DNA from: Eubacteriales bacterium
GTDB taxonomy: Bacteria > Bacillota > Clostridia > Oscillospirales > CAG-272
Reading direction: 5' to 3'
DNA: 51,376 nt
Assembly (NCBI GenBank): GCA_045658205.1
Contig: JAZOUM010000126.1
Span: 1 to 51,376, forward strand
Each line of letters begins with the position of its first letter. The stretch's first letter is position 1. Positions 1-7,869 of the stretch are shown one piece after another. The notes beneath the pieces were generated by a model that was not told the DNA's origin, did no database searches, and saw only the letters and a program-made list of their open reading frames with translations. The translations under genes were made by a program, and so were the position numbers.

Positions 1-3
1 AAT

Positions 4-80
4 GGCTTGGTAGCTCAGTTGGTTAGAGCGCTAGCCTGTCACGCTAGAGGTCGTGGGTTCGAGCCCCATCCGAGTCGCCA
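4..80 (+). tRNA. tRNA-Asp (anticodon GTC)
   Basis: Cloverleaf readable by eye: acceptor GGCTTGG/CCGAGTC, D-arm GCTC-AGTTGGTTA-GAGC, anticodon stem CTAGC/GCTAG with loop CT-GTC-AC, T-arm GTGGG-TTCGAGC-CCCAT. CCA is encoded at 78..80. Confidence 0.9.
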
Positions 81-179
81 TTTTTCAAAAAAGCTCGTGG
101 CGAGAAGTAGGAGCGGTAGTGAATGACAGTTGATAACTGTCAGAGCCGCGAATGACTGAGCGCGTAGTTCGCGCGAGAG

Positions 180-212
180 TCGAGCCCCATCCGAGTCGCC
201 ATTTTTCAAAAA
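180..212 (+). repeat. Second copy of a 33-bp perfect direct repeat (first copy 59..91): last 22 nt of tRNA-Asp plus 11 nt of downstream flank
   Basis: TCGAGCCCCATCCGAGTCGCCATTTTTCAAAAA occurs identically at 59..91 and 180..212 (offset 121 nt). Sequence upstream of the second copy does not complete a tRNA T-stem. Confidence 0.9.
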
Positions 213-229
213 TAAAACCACCAAAATCC

Positions 230-305
<76 letters not shown>

Positions 306-310
306 CTTTT

Positions 311-386
311 GCGGATTTAGCTCATTTGGTAGAGCGCCACCTTGCCAAGGTGGAGGTGGCGGGTTCGAGCCCCGTAATCCGCTCCA
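311..386 (+). tRNA. tRNA-Gly (anticodon GCC)
   Basis: Acceptor GCGGATT/AATCCGC, D-arm GCTC-ATTTGGTA-GAGC, anticodon stem CCACC/GGTGG with loop TT-GCC-AA, T-arm GCGGG-TTCGAGC-CCCGT, encoded CCA. Confidence 0.9.
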
Positions 387-387
387 A

Positions 388-418
388 AGTCCTCGGAAGA
401 AATTCCGAGGATTTTTTT
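388..418 (+). terminator. Rho-independent terminator of the tRNA cluster
   Basis: Stem TCCTCGGA / TCCGAGGA with a 6-nt loop, followed by a T7 run. Confidence 0.8.
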
Positions 419-585
419 ATACAAGTCGCAGACTTGGTATATCATCACCGAATGTGTATCTTTTTGTTACTTGATGATATACAAGGATTTCGTCTTGATT
501 TTAGTTGGATTTTGCTGTCCAAAATTTGGATTTTATTAAATATTTAAAAGAGAAAGCATCGCTCACATTAGATCAATATCTAAAA

Positions 586-627
586 AGTCTTTATGGCAGA
601 TAGTTCTGCTGTAAGGACTTTTTTTAT
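586..627 (+). terminator. Orphan terminator-like hairpin upstream of the opp-like operon
   Basis: AGTCTTTATGGCAGA-TAGTT-TCTGCTGTAAGGACT pairs fully if G-U pairs are allowed and is followed by T7. An A-run upstream makes it potentially bidirectional. No CDS ends here. Confidence 0.5.
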
Positions 628-665
628 TGCGAAAAAATCTATTAAAAAACGTCGGAGTAATATTT

Positions 666-695
666 TTGATATCGGACACAATAATCACATATAAC
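666..695 (+). promoter_or_regulatory. Candidate sigma-A promoter for the opp-like operon
   Basis: TTGATA (666..671), 18-nt spacer, TATAAC (690..695), about 50 nt upstream of the SBP start codon. Confidence 0.35.
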
Positions 696-746
696 CGCTT
701 TTGTTTTTGATATTGGCGGAGTGTATGAATTAGTTCAGGAGGAAAA

Positions 747-3179
747 ATGATTAATAAAATATGTAGCCTTTTCCTTGCTTTAGCTTTGCTTTCCTTTTGT
801 CTTGTTGGCTGTGGGCGTAAAAAGAAGCCAAATGATACGAATGATTCCTCTATAAAAGAAGGAGAATACACCTATAGGTCATGGGCTACCTCGCTTGGTA
901 CTAACTGGAATCCGCATACGTGGGAGCTGAATGCTGATAGAACAATTATGGGATATATAGAGTCACCATTGGTCGATATATCGATCCTCAATAGCGAGGA
1001 AGGGACGTATCAATGGGTGTATGAGATGGCAGAATCAATTAAAGATGTGACTGCTGAAAATCGCGCGGATCTTGTTAAATACAAAGTCAATCTTCCACAC
1101 GGTAAGGATGCCTCCGAGGTGTCGGAGGGGTACGTGTACGAGATAAAGCTTAATCCAAATGCAAGGTGGGAAAACGGAGATATTATAAATGCGGATACGT
1201 ATATCTATTCTATGAAAATGCTCTTGAATCCCGAGATGAAAAATTACAGGGCAAATAATTATATTTCCGGAAGCTCTGCTCTTGCTGGGGCGTTTGATTA
1301 CTATTGGTCACGAGATCCCGGATTCTACGTTGCATTTACTTCAAAGTATAAAACACTCGACGAGGCTGTTGCCAAGGAGCAGGTCTATATAGATGTGTGG
1401 GAGTTTTATGACGCCAAGGGATATACCGATGCAAAGGGTGGCGCGTGTCCGAGATGGGTGGCGATAACCGATGAGACGGTATATAGCTCTCCCGGTAAAA
1501 AATCCTTTAGCGCGGCTGTGCTTTATAAGGAATACAAAAGCTACTTTGATGTTGGAGGAGGATATGAGTCGTGCGCCGGCATATACGTAACCAATGATCA
1601 AGCGGGAGCTACGTTTGATAAAGTCGGTCTTTATAAGGTAGATGATTATACTATAAGATACGTTTGTGAAAATGCGTATGAATACAATTATTTCCTCACC
1701 TCTTGCGCATCAAACTGGATAGTTCATCCTGCCACCTATGAGGCAAATATGACTACTAAGAACGGTGTAACAACGACAACCTACGGTACGTCAAAGGAAA
1801 CTACGATGTCATACGGTCCGTATAAGATACGCAGCTTTGAGGATGATAAGCAAATAGCCTTTGAAAGAAATGAAAGATGGTACGGATATCAGAGGAGTGA
1901 CTCAGGTTACCTGTATTCGATAACCGATTTTGAAGTGGATGGAGAAAAACGTCAGCAATATCAGGCGACCGGTATAGTTATAGACGTACTGTCTCAGGAT
2001 GCGGCATATTCGCGCTTTCTTTCAGGACAGATAACAGATTATTCGCCGACTGCGGAGGAACTTGCCGAATATACTCTCTCAGATAGACTTTACCGAGTCG
2101 ATGAGACCTATACTATGAGATGGTTTTTTAACACGGGTAAGGAGACTTTACTTGCTCTTGACTCCGGAAGTAACAATAAAAATTCTATAGTTTTATCAAA
2201 TTACAGCTTTCGAAAGGCAATGAGCCTTGCGATAAACAGGGCTGATTTTGTTACTGTTACAGAGGGATGGAAACCGGCTTATACGCTTATGAATCAGTTG
2301 TATTATTATGATATATACAATGATCCCTCCTCTTCCTATAGAAACTCTGAGCAAGCGATGAGATCTATATGCGAGCTGTACGGTGTAAAATATGGGGAAG
2401 GGGAGATATACTCAACGCTTTCAGAGGCTTACCGATCTATTACCGGATATAATCTTACCGAGGCGAGGGAGTTGATGAAAAAGGCGTGCGATGAGCTTGT
2501 TAATTCTGGATTGTATACTCGTGGAGATAATATAAAGATACAAATAGCTTGGTCTAAAGGAGCGCTCGGAGCTTCGGATAATTCGCAGATCGCAAAGCTG
2601 AATAAATATATGAACGCCGTGCTCGAGGGGACGGGATTCGGTAATATAGAATTTATCGCTGTGGGCAATCTTGCCGACCGATATACCGACGTAGCTGAAG
2701 GAAAATACGCTATAGGATGGGGAGCGTGGGGTGGAGCCGCATTCTATCCGTTCGGTATGATGCAGTGCTATATGGATCCCTCTTACACCAAGATACACGA
2801 GCGAGGATGTTGGGATCCTTCGAAAGAGACATTAAGCTTAAGCTTTATAAATTCACAGGGCGAAACCGTTACGGACACCTTGAGCTGGCAGAGCTGGTCA
2901 CAGTCTATGGAGGGCACGGGAAAATACGCGACCGAGAGCAATAAGGTAAAGCTAAGCATACTATCACAGCTGGAGGAAAAATATCTTGGTTTATATTACT
3001 GCATTCCCGTAGCCGGAACAACGAGCTGTACGTTGCTGTCTTATCAGGTAGATGAGTACAGCGAGGATTACAACGTAATGTACGGTTTTGGTGGTTTTAG
3101 GCTTATGTCGTGGAATTACAACGACGCCGAGTGGTCAGAATACGTTGCCGGTGAGGGAGGCGCACTTAACTATAAATAA
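747..3179 (+). CDS. ABC transporter substrate-binding lipoprotein, family 5 (peptide/oligopeptide type), enlarged to 810 aa
   Basis: RBS AGGAGG 7 nt upstream of the start. Signal peptide with lipobox LVGC. Family-5 style blocks are present (for example KLNPNARWENGDIINADTYIYS and VIDVLSQDAAYSRFLSGQITDY). First gene of a B-C-D-F operon. Confidence 0.85.
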   Translation: MINKICSLFLALALLSFCLVGCGRKKKPNDTNDSSIKEGEYTYRSWATSLGTNWNPHTWELNADRTIMGYIESPLVDISILNSEEGTYQWVYEMAESIKDVTAENRADLVKYKVNLPHGKDASEVSEGYVYEIKLNPNARWENGDIINADTYIYSMKMLLNPEMKNYRANNYISGSSALAGAFDYYWSRDPGFYVAFTSKYKTLDEAVAKEQVYIDVWEFYDAKGYTDAKGGACPRWVAITDETVYSSPGKKSFSAAVLYKEYKSYFDVGGGYESCAGIYVTNDQAGATFDKVGLYKVDDYTIRYVCENAYEYNYFLTSCASNWIVHPATYEANMTTKNGVTTTTYGTSKETTMSYGPYKIRSFEDDKQIAFERNERWYGYQRSDSGYLYSITDFEVDGEKRQQYQATGIVIDVLSQDAAYSRFLSGQITDYSPTAEELAEYTLSDRLYRVDETYTMRWFFNTGKETLLALDSGSNNKNSIVLSNYSFRKAMSLAINRADFVTVTEGWKPAYTLMNQLYYYDIYNDPSSSYRNSEQAMRSICELYGVKYGEGEIYSTLSEAYRSITGYNLTEARELMKKACDELVNSGLYTRGDNIKIQIAWSKGALGASDNSQIAKLNKYMNAVLEGTGFGNIEFIAVGNLADRYTDVAEGKYAIGWGAWGGAAFYPFGMMQCYMDPSYTKIHERGCWDPSKETLSLSFINSQGETVTDTLSWQSWSQSMEGTGKYATESNKVKLSILSQLEEKYLGLYYCIPVAGTTSCTLLSYQVDEYSEDYNVMYGFGGFRLMSWNYNDAEWSEYVAGEGGALNYK

Positions 3180-3187
3180 AAAGCGCG

Positions 3188-4168
3188 GTGTCGAATCATA
3201 AAATGGTTAAATATATAATAAAAAGATTGCTTTTAATGCTAATCGCATTGTTTTGCATCTCTACGCTTTGCTTTGTTTTGATAAGGCTTTTACCAATGGT
3301 GCCTCCCGAGGGAGCGAATGAAGCTCAAACGGATGTAATAGAACAAATATGGGAAGCGAGAGGGTATAACAAGCCTATCCTCGTTCAATATTGGATATAT
3401 CTTAAGGGAATATTTACAAGGCTTGATTTCGGTACCTCATGGAAGATAAAATCCACGTATCCGGCAACCGAGGTGTTTTTCCCAAGGCTTTTACCGACTG
3501 TACTGGTAAACCTGTATTCCCTTATTTTCGCTATACCTCTCGGTATCATATTAGGCATATTCGCGGCAATAAAAAAGAATAAATGGCAGGATCACGCGAT
3601 AAGCACAATGGTAATGCTTTTTGTATCCGTACCAAGCTACGTTTACGCGTTTTTGGTACAGTATATACTTTATTTTAAGCTTGGATGGTTTCCCGACACA
3701 ATATATTCTCTCGCCGACGCGGGTGGCTCGTACTTCACGTTCAAAATGTTATATAGCATGGTTCCGCCCATACTTGCACTTTCTTTTGGTGAGATAGCAG
3801 GTCTTACGAGATTTACCAGAGCTGAGCTTACCGAGACCTTGACGTCGGATTATATGCTGCTTGCGCGTACAAAGGGATTGACACGTAAAGAGGCAACCGT
3901 GCGACACGCGCTGAAAAACGCGATGGTTCCAATCCTTCCAATGATAATATCAAGCTTCATAGGTATCTTAGGAGGCTCTCTTATCATAGAGCAAATATTC
4001 GCTATCCCCGGTATAGGTCAGCTTTACGTCAGATCGGTACAGCAGCTTGACTATGATGTTTTTATGCTTGACAGTATTTTTTATACTTTTGTGGGGCTGT
4101 TGGCGGGTATAATGGTAGACATCAGCTATGGATTTATAGATCCGAGAATACGAATGGGGGAAAGGTGA
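3188..4168 (+). CDS. ABC transporter permease, OppB/DppB-like
   Basis: 326 aa, multi-TM, with the EAA-type loop region LLARTKGLTRKEATVRHALKNA typical of OppB-family permeases. The GTG start at 3188 could instead be the ATG at 3203. Confidence 0.85.
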   Translation: MSNHKMVKYIIKRLLLMLIALFCISTLCFVLIRLLPMVPPEGANEAQTDVIEQIWEARGYNKPILVQYWIYLKGIFTRLDFGTSWKIKSTYPATEVFFPRLLPTVLVNLYSLIFAIPLGIILGIFAAIKKNKWQDHAISTMVMLFVSVPSYVYAFLVQYILYFKLGWFPDTIYSLADAGGSYFTFKMLYSMVPPILALSFGEIAGLTRFTRAELTETLTSDYMLLARTKGLTRKEATVRHALKNAMVPILPMIISSFIGILGGSLIIEQIFAIPGIGQLYVRSVQQLDYDVFMLDSIFYTFVGLLAGIMVDISYGFIDPRIRMGER

Positions 4169-4169
4169 T

Positions 4170-5774
4170 ATGTCGCAAAATTTTGATATGGGATCGATCC
4201 CGAAAGAAAAACTTGCCTTTGCTGATTCCCATCGGGTAATAGCTGATACTAAATTTGAGTATGAACCGGTAGGATATTTTAAGGACGCGTGGAATAGGTT
4301 TAGAAAAAACAAAGCGTCCATAACAGCGGCTATAATTATTATTTGTATAGTTTTATTTGCAATTATTGTGCCTTTTTTGAATATAAGCGGAAACGGCACC
4401 AATGCGGACGTAAGATATATGAAGAAGATTCCTCGCAATCTGACGTTGAGACGGCTCGGTATTGCTACTGGGTATATCAAAGGGGATTTTCGCGACACTT
4501 CCCTTATACAGCTTGTCGCTATAGGCATAGGATCACTTGGTGAAAATGAGGTGGATTTGAATATTGGTAAAGCTCTTTCTACCCCAAATGCGCTACAACC
4601 GGTAATAAAAATTAAGGATACGTATACCGTAAAGCAGGGAAAGGGTGAAACACTTTTCTATAAGGCGGTTTTAGACAGCTATCTTCAAGTCGGCTTCACC
4701 TACGAATACGTAGAACAGGAGGAGTATAACAGGATAGTTGCGTGGCAAAAAGAGAGCGGCATACAGGTGCTTTTTCCTATGATAGAGGAAAACGAATATA
4801 ATCTTTACTATTCGACAACGGGCGTATCAGATCCTAATTGGTGGTATAAAACCAACTCCAAGGGGCAGCCCGTGCGAATTAATCAGTTTGGTAGCGCCAC
4901 TGTAATAAAGTACGACGATATCGGTGAGATAACTCTTTCCGATAATTATATGCGTGACTCCGAGTGGAATCTTATGTATTGGACTTATTCCGGCGGTGGA
5001 ACGTCCGAGACGGCTATGTATAAGGTAAGAGTTCTATACTACAATTATTATAGATATAAGCACGGTGGCAGAGAGCCGCAATTTTTGTTTGGCACGGATG
5101 CTGTCGGCTACGACCTTTCCTACCGTATGGCTGTAGGTACGCGCCTAAGCCTTATACTTGCCGTTTGTATATTCGCTATCAATTTTATGATAGGAGCGAT
5201 ATACGGCGCTATTGAGGGATACTACGGTGGTAGATCAGATCTTGCCATGCAGTTTGTTTCGTACGTTCTTTCGGGTATACCGTTTATGGTCGTGGCTACT
5301 TTGTTTCAGATGCATCTTTCTTCACGGGTAGGGGCTATACCGAGCCTTCTATTTGCATTTGTCCTTACCGGATGGATAGCTACCGCGGGTAGAGTCAGAA
5401 CCCAGTTTTATCGGTTTAAAAATCAGGAGTACGTTATGGCGGCGAGGACACTTGGCGCATCTGACAGAAGAATAATATGGAAGCACATTTTTCCTAATAC
5501 GCTCGGCACGATAATAACGTCGTCGGTTTTGTCGATCCCGGGAGTTATCTTTACCGAATCAATGCTTTCATATCTCGGTATTATTAACCTTGGCGGCAGT
5601 AAAACTACGTCTTTAGGGACACTTCTTTCCGATGCGTCTGTTATTTGGAAGTCCGTGCCACATCTCATGCTATTTCCCGCCGCTATTATTTCGCTTCTTA
5701 TGATTAGCTTTAATTTGTTCGGTAACGGTCTGCGCGATGCCTTTAATCCGTCGCTCAGAGGAGTGGAGGATTAA
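4170..5774 (+). CDS. ABC transporter permease, OppC/DppC-like, with a large extracytoplasmic insertion
   Basis: 534 aa. TM1 lies at aa 51-70, followed by about 250 non-hydrophobic residues before the remaining TM bundle. C-terminal block AARTLGASDRRIIWKHIFPN is typical of OppC. The start codon abuts the preceding stop codon. Confidence 0.85.
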   Translation: MSQNFDMGSIPKEKLAFADSHRVIADTKFEYEPVGYFKDAWNRFRKNKASITAAIIIICIVLFAIIVPFLNISGNGTNADVRYMKKIPRNLTLRRLGIATGYIKGDFRDTSLIQLVAIGIGSLGENEVDLNIGKALSTPNALQPVIKIKDTYTVKQGKGETLFYKAVLDSYLQVGFTYEYVEQEEYNRIVAWQKESGIQVLFPMIEENEYNLYYSTTGVSDPNWWYKTNSKGQPVRINQFGSATVIKYDDIGEITLSDNYMRDSEWNLMYWTYSGGGTSETAMYKVRVLYYNYYRYKHGGREPQFLFGTDAVGYDLSYRMAVGTRLSLILAVCIFAINFMIGAIYGAIEGYYGGRSDLAMQFVSYVLSGIPFMVVATLFQMHLSSRVGAIPSLLFAFVLTGWIATAGRVRTQFYRFKNQEYVMAARTLGASDRRIIWKHIFPNTLGTIITSSVLSIPGVIFTESMLSYLGIINLGGSKTTSLGTLLSDASVIWKSVPHLMLFPAAIISLLMISFNLFGNGLRDAFNPSLRGVED

Positions 5775-5775
5775 T

Positions 5776-7869
5776 ATGAGTGAGATTCTTGAAGTAAAAA
5801 AGCTAAGGGTTTCCTTTAGAACGAGCGCCGGTACGGTAAAGGCTGTGCGTGATATTTCATTTCGACTAAATAAGGGAGAAACTCTCGCTATAGTAGGAGA
5901 ATCAGGATCGGGCAAATCGGTCACATCCAAGGCTATACTCGGCATTCTATCGGGTAATGCGATAGTGGAGGGTGGTGAGATCTTTTTTGAAGGCAGGGAT
6001 CTTCTTAAGCTATCGGAGTCGGAAATGTGCAAGATACGCGGCGATAAAATATCGATGATTTTCCAGGATCCTCTTTCATCTCTTGATCCGATAGTAAAAA
6101 TCGGACCTCAGATAACCGAGGCGATGATTTTAAAGAACAAGCTCTCAAGGAAAAAGTCAAGATCAGAATTTAACAGTAAGCTGAAAAGCTTGAAGATGGC
6201 TATGATTGAGGCTCTCGGCAACGACGAGGCAACGAGGTCTGAAATAGATGATCTGATCTTAACCTTTGATAAATTTAATATAGAGGCGATAAGGCTTGAG
6301 AATGCGTATAACAATGCGCTCGTTCATTCCGAGGAGCTGATAGGTTATATAGAGGAAAAGCTTTTATTGATAGAGAAAAAGCAGAGGATAGATATCGGCG
6401 CGGTGCTGACCGAAATAAGAAAAGCTCTTTCGGATATACAAAATCCGTTTTTAACGTCGCTGTATGACGGGGAGATCGATCAATACAAAGAGCGTCTGAG
6501 AAAAATGCGCTCTGAATATTCATTGCCAAAATATATTAATATTGTAGAGCGAGAAATACCAAAGACGTTAGTGGAGGAGCTTGTTTGTATAAAGAAATTT
6601 CTTCTAAAGGTAAATTCGGGAGTGCGTCCGATTTTTTTCAGAATCGGATACTATAAATATAAAAATCCAAACGAGGCGCTGAACGGCGATGATATTTCAG
6701 GGCTTAACAAGAGGGCGTATTCATTTTTAATGAACGACTTCATGACAAGGTTTATAGAGCTTGAGCGCAAAGCGATAGAATACAGCTTTGAAAGATCAAT
6801 TAAGGAAAAAGAAAAGCTATTGTCAAGAATTACAGATGCAAAGGAGATTTTTAATAAAGGCGGCTTCGATAAATCCGGCGCCACGTCTTATATTAAGGGG
6901 CTGTGTGCGGCTGTAGATGAGTCGGTATATTCTCTTGCTTGCGATGATGATAACTACAACGTTACCTTCAGGCACAGTATTAATTCCACTATGAACAATT
7001 ACCTTGAGAGCGTACTGAAAAAAGATGATACATCTAAAGATCTCGCATTGGAATCGGTAGTATCGGTATTAGATGGGCTTTATGCAAAGTGTGAGCGGGA
7101 TATATCCAATGCAGATAAGTGCGATCACGATAAAATGGTTGTCGATCTAATAGACTTTTTCAAAGAGAAGGCATCGGATGTGGTATACCGTGTAACAAAA
7201 AAGCTCGCTAAGGAAAAGGCTATAAGGCTTATGGAGGAGGTGGGTATTCCCGATCCGAGACTGCGATTTGATCAATATCCGTTTGAATTTTCCGGTGGTA
7301 TGCGGCAGAGGATCGTTATAGCGATAGCGCTGGCGGCAAACCCCGATATCCTTATATGCGATGAGCCTACCACGGCGCTTGACGTTACGATCCAGGCGCA
7401 GATACTTGAGCTTATAGACAAACTGAAAAGAGAGCGTGGACTATCGGTCATATTTATAACTCACGATCTTGGCGTGGTAGCTAATATCGCTGATAAAATA
7501 GCCGTAATGTACGCCGGTAAGATCGTTGAATACGGCGAATGTGAGGAGGTGTTCTATGATCCGAGACATCCGTACTCGTGGGCGCTTCTTTCATCTATGC
7601 CAAGCCTTGATAGTAAGGATAGACTCGACGCTATACCGGGGACTCCTCCCAATATGATATATCCGCCCAAGGGAGACGCCTTTGCTCCACGTAATAAGTA
7701 TGCGTTGAAAATAGATTTCGAGGTAGCGCCGCCAATGTTCAGAATAAGCGAAACTCATTATGCGGCGACTTGGCTTTTGCACCCGGATGCCCCGAGGATA
7801 GAGCCGCAGATTCCGCATAGAGCGTGTGTAAACTACGGAGGTGAAAATGTCGATCAAAAAAGCCGATAA
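5776..7869 (+). CDS. ABC transporter ATP-binding protein, OppD-like, with an insertion of about 350 aa
   Basis: Start chosen at ATG 5776 (GGAGTGGAGG RBS; MSEILEVKKL). Motifs in order: Walker A GESGSGKS, Q-loop ISMIFQDP, signature FSGGMRQR, Walker B ILICDEPTTALD, H-loop ITHDL, then an oligopeptide-type C-terminal tail. Confidence 0.9.
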   Translation: MSEILEVKKLRVSFRTSAGTVKAVRDISFRLNKGETLAIVGESGSGKSVTSKAILGILSGNAIVEGGEIFFEGRDLLKLSESEMCKIRGDKISMIFQDPLSSLDPIVKIGPQITEAMILKNKLSRKKSRSEFNSKLKSLKMAMIEALGNDEATRSEIDDLILTFDKFNIEAIRLENAYNNALVHSEELIGYIEEKLLLIEKKQRIDIGAVLTEIRKALSDIQNPFLTSLYDGEIDQYKERLRKMRSEYSLPKYINIVEREIPKTLVEELVCIKKFLLKVNSGVRPIFFRIGYYKYKNPNEALNGDDISGLNKRAYSFLMNDFMTRFIELERKAIEYSFERSIKEKEKLLSRITDAKEIFNKGGFDKSGATSYIKGLCAAVDESVYSLACDDDNYNVTFRHSINSTMNNYLESVLKKDDTSKDLALESVVSVLDGLYAKCERDISNADKCDHDKMVVDLIDFFKEKASDVVYRVTKKLAKEKAIRLMEEVGIPDPRLRFDQYPFEFSGGMRQRIVIAIALAANPDILICDEPTTALDVTIQAQILELIDKLKRERGLSVIFITHDLGVVANIADKIAVMYAGKIVEYGECEEVFYDPRHPYSWALLSSMPSLDSKDRLDAIPGTPPNMIYPPKGDAFAPRNKYALKIDFEVAPPMFRISETHYAATWLLHPDAPRIEPQIPHRACVNYGGENVDQKSR

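Noticed and set aside
93-212. Attempt to fold the interval between the two tRNA-Asp 3-prime copies as a tRNA, tRNA-Sec or tmRNA-like gene.
   Set aside because: The second copy has no matching T-stem 5-prime strand (GAGAG against CCCAT). The length of about 110 nt fits no tRNA class and is far too short for tmRNA. Only short local hairpins are present. The case is kept as an att-like repeat finding instead.
563-871. Minus-strand ORF of 102 aa overlapping the SBP start.
   Set aside because: It overlaps the strong RBS and signal peptide of the plus-strand SBP gene, has no RBS of its own, and its product is low-complexity and basic.
5737-5775. N-terminal extensions offered by the ORF track for the OppD-like gene (5737), the OppF-like gene (7841), the ThyX-like gene (9720), the AraC gene (29693) and rhaB (29811).
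   Set aside because: In each case an internal ATG has a much better placed GGAGG-type RBS, and the conserved protein begins there.
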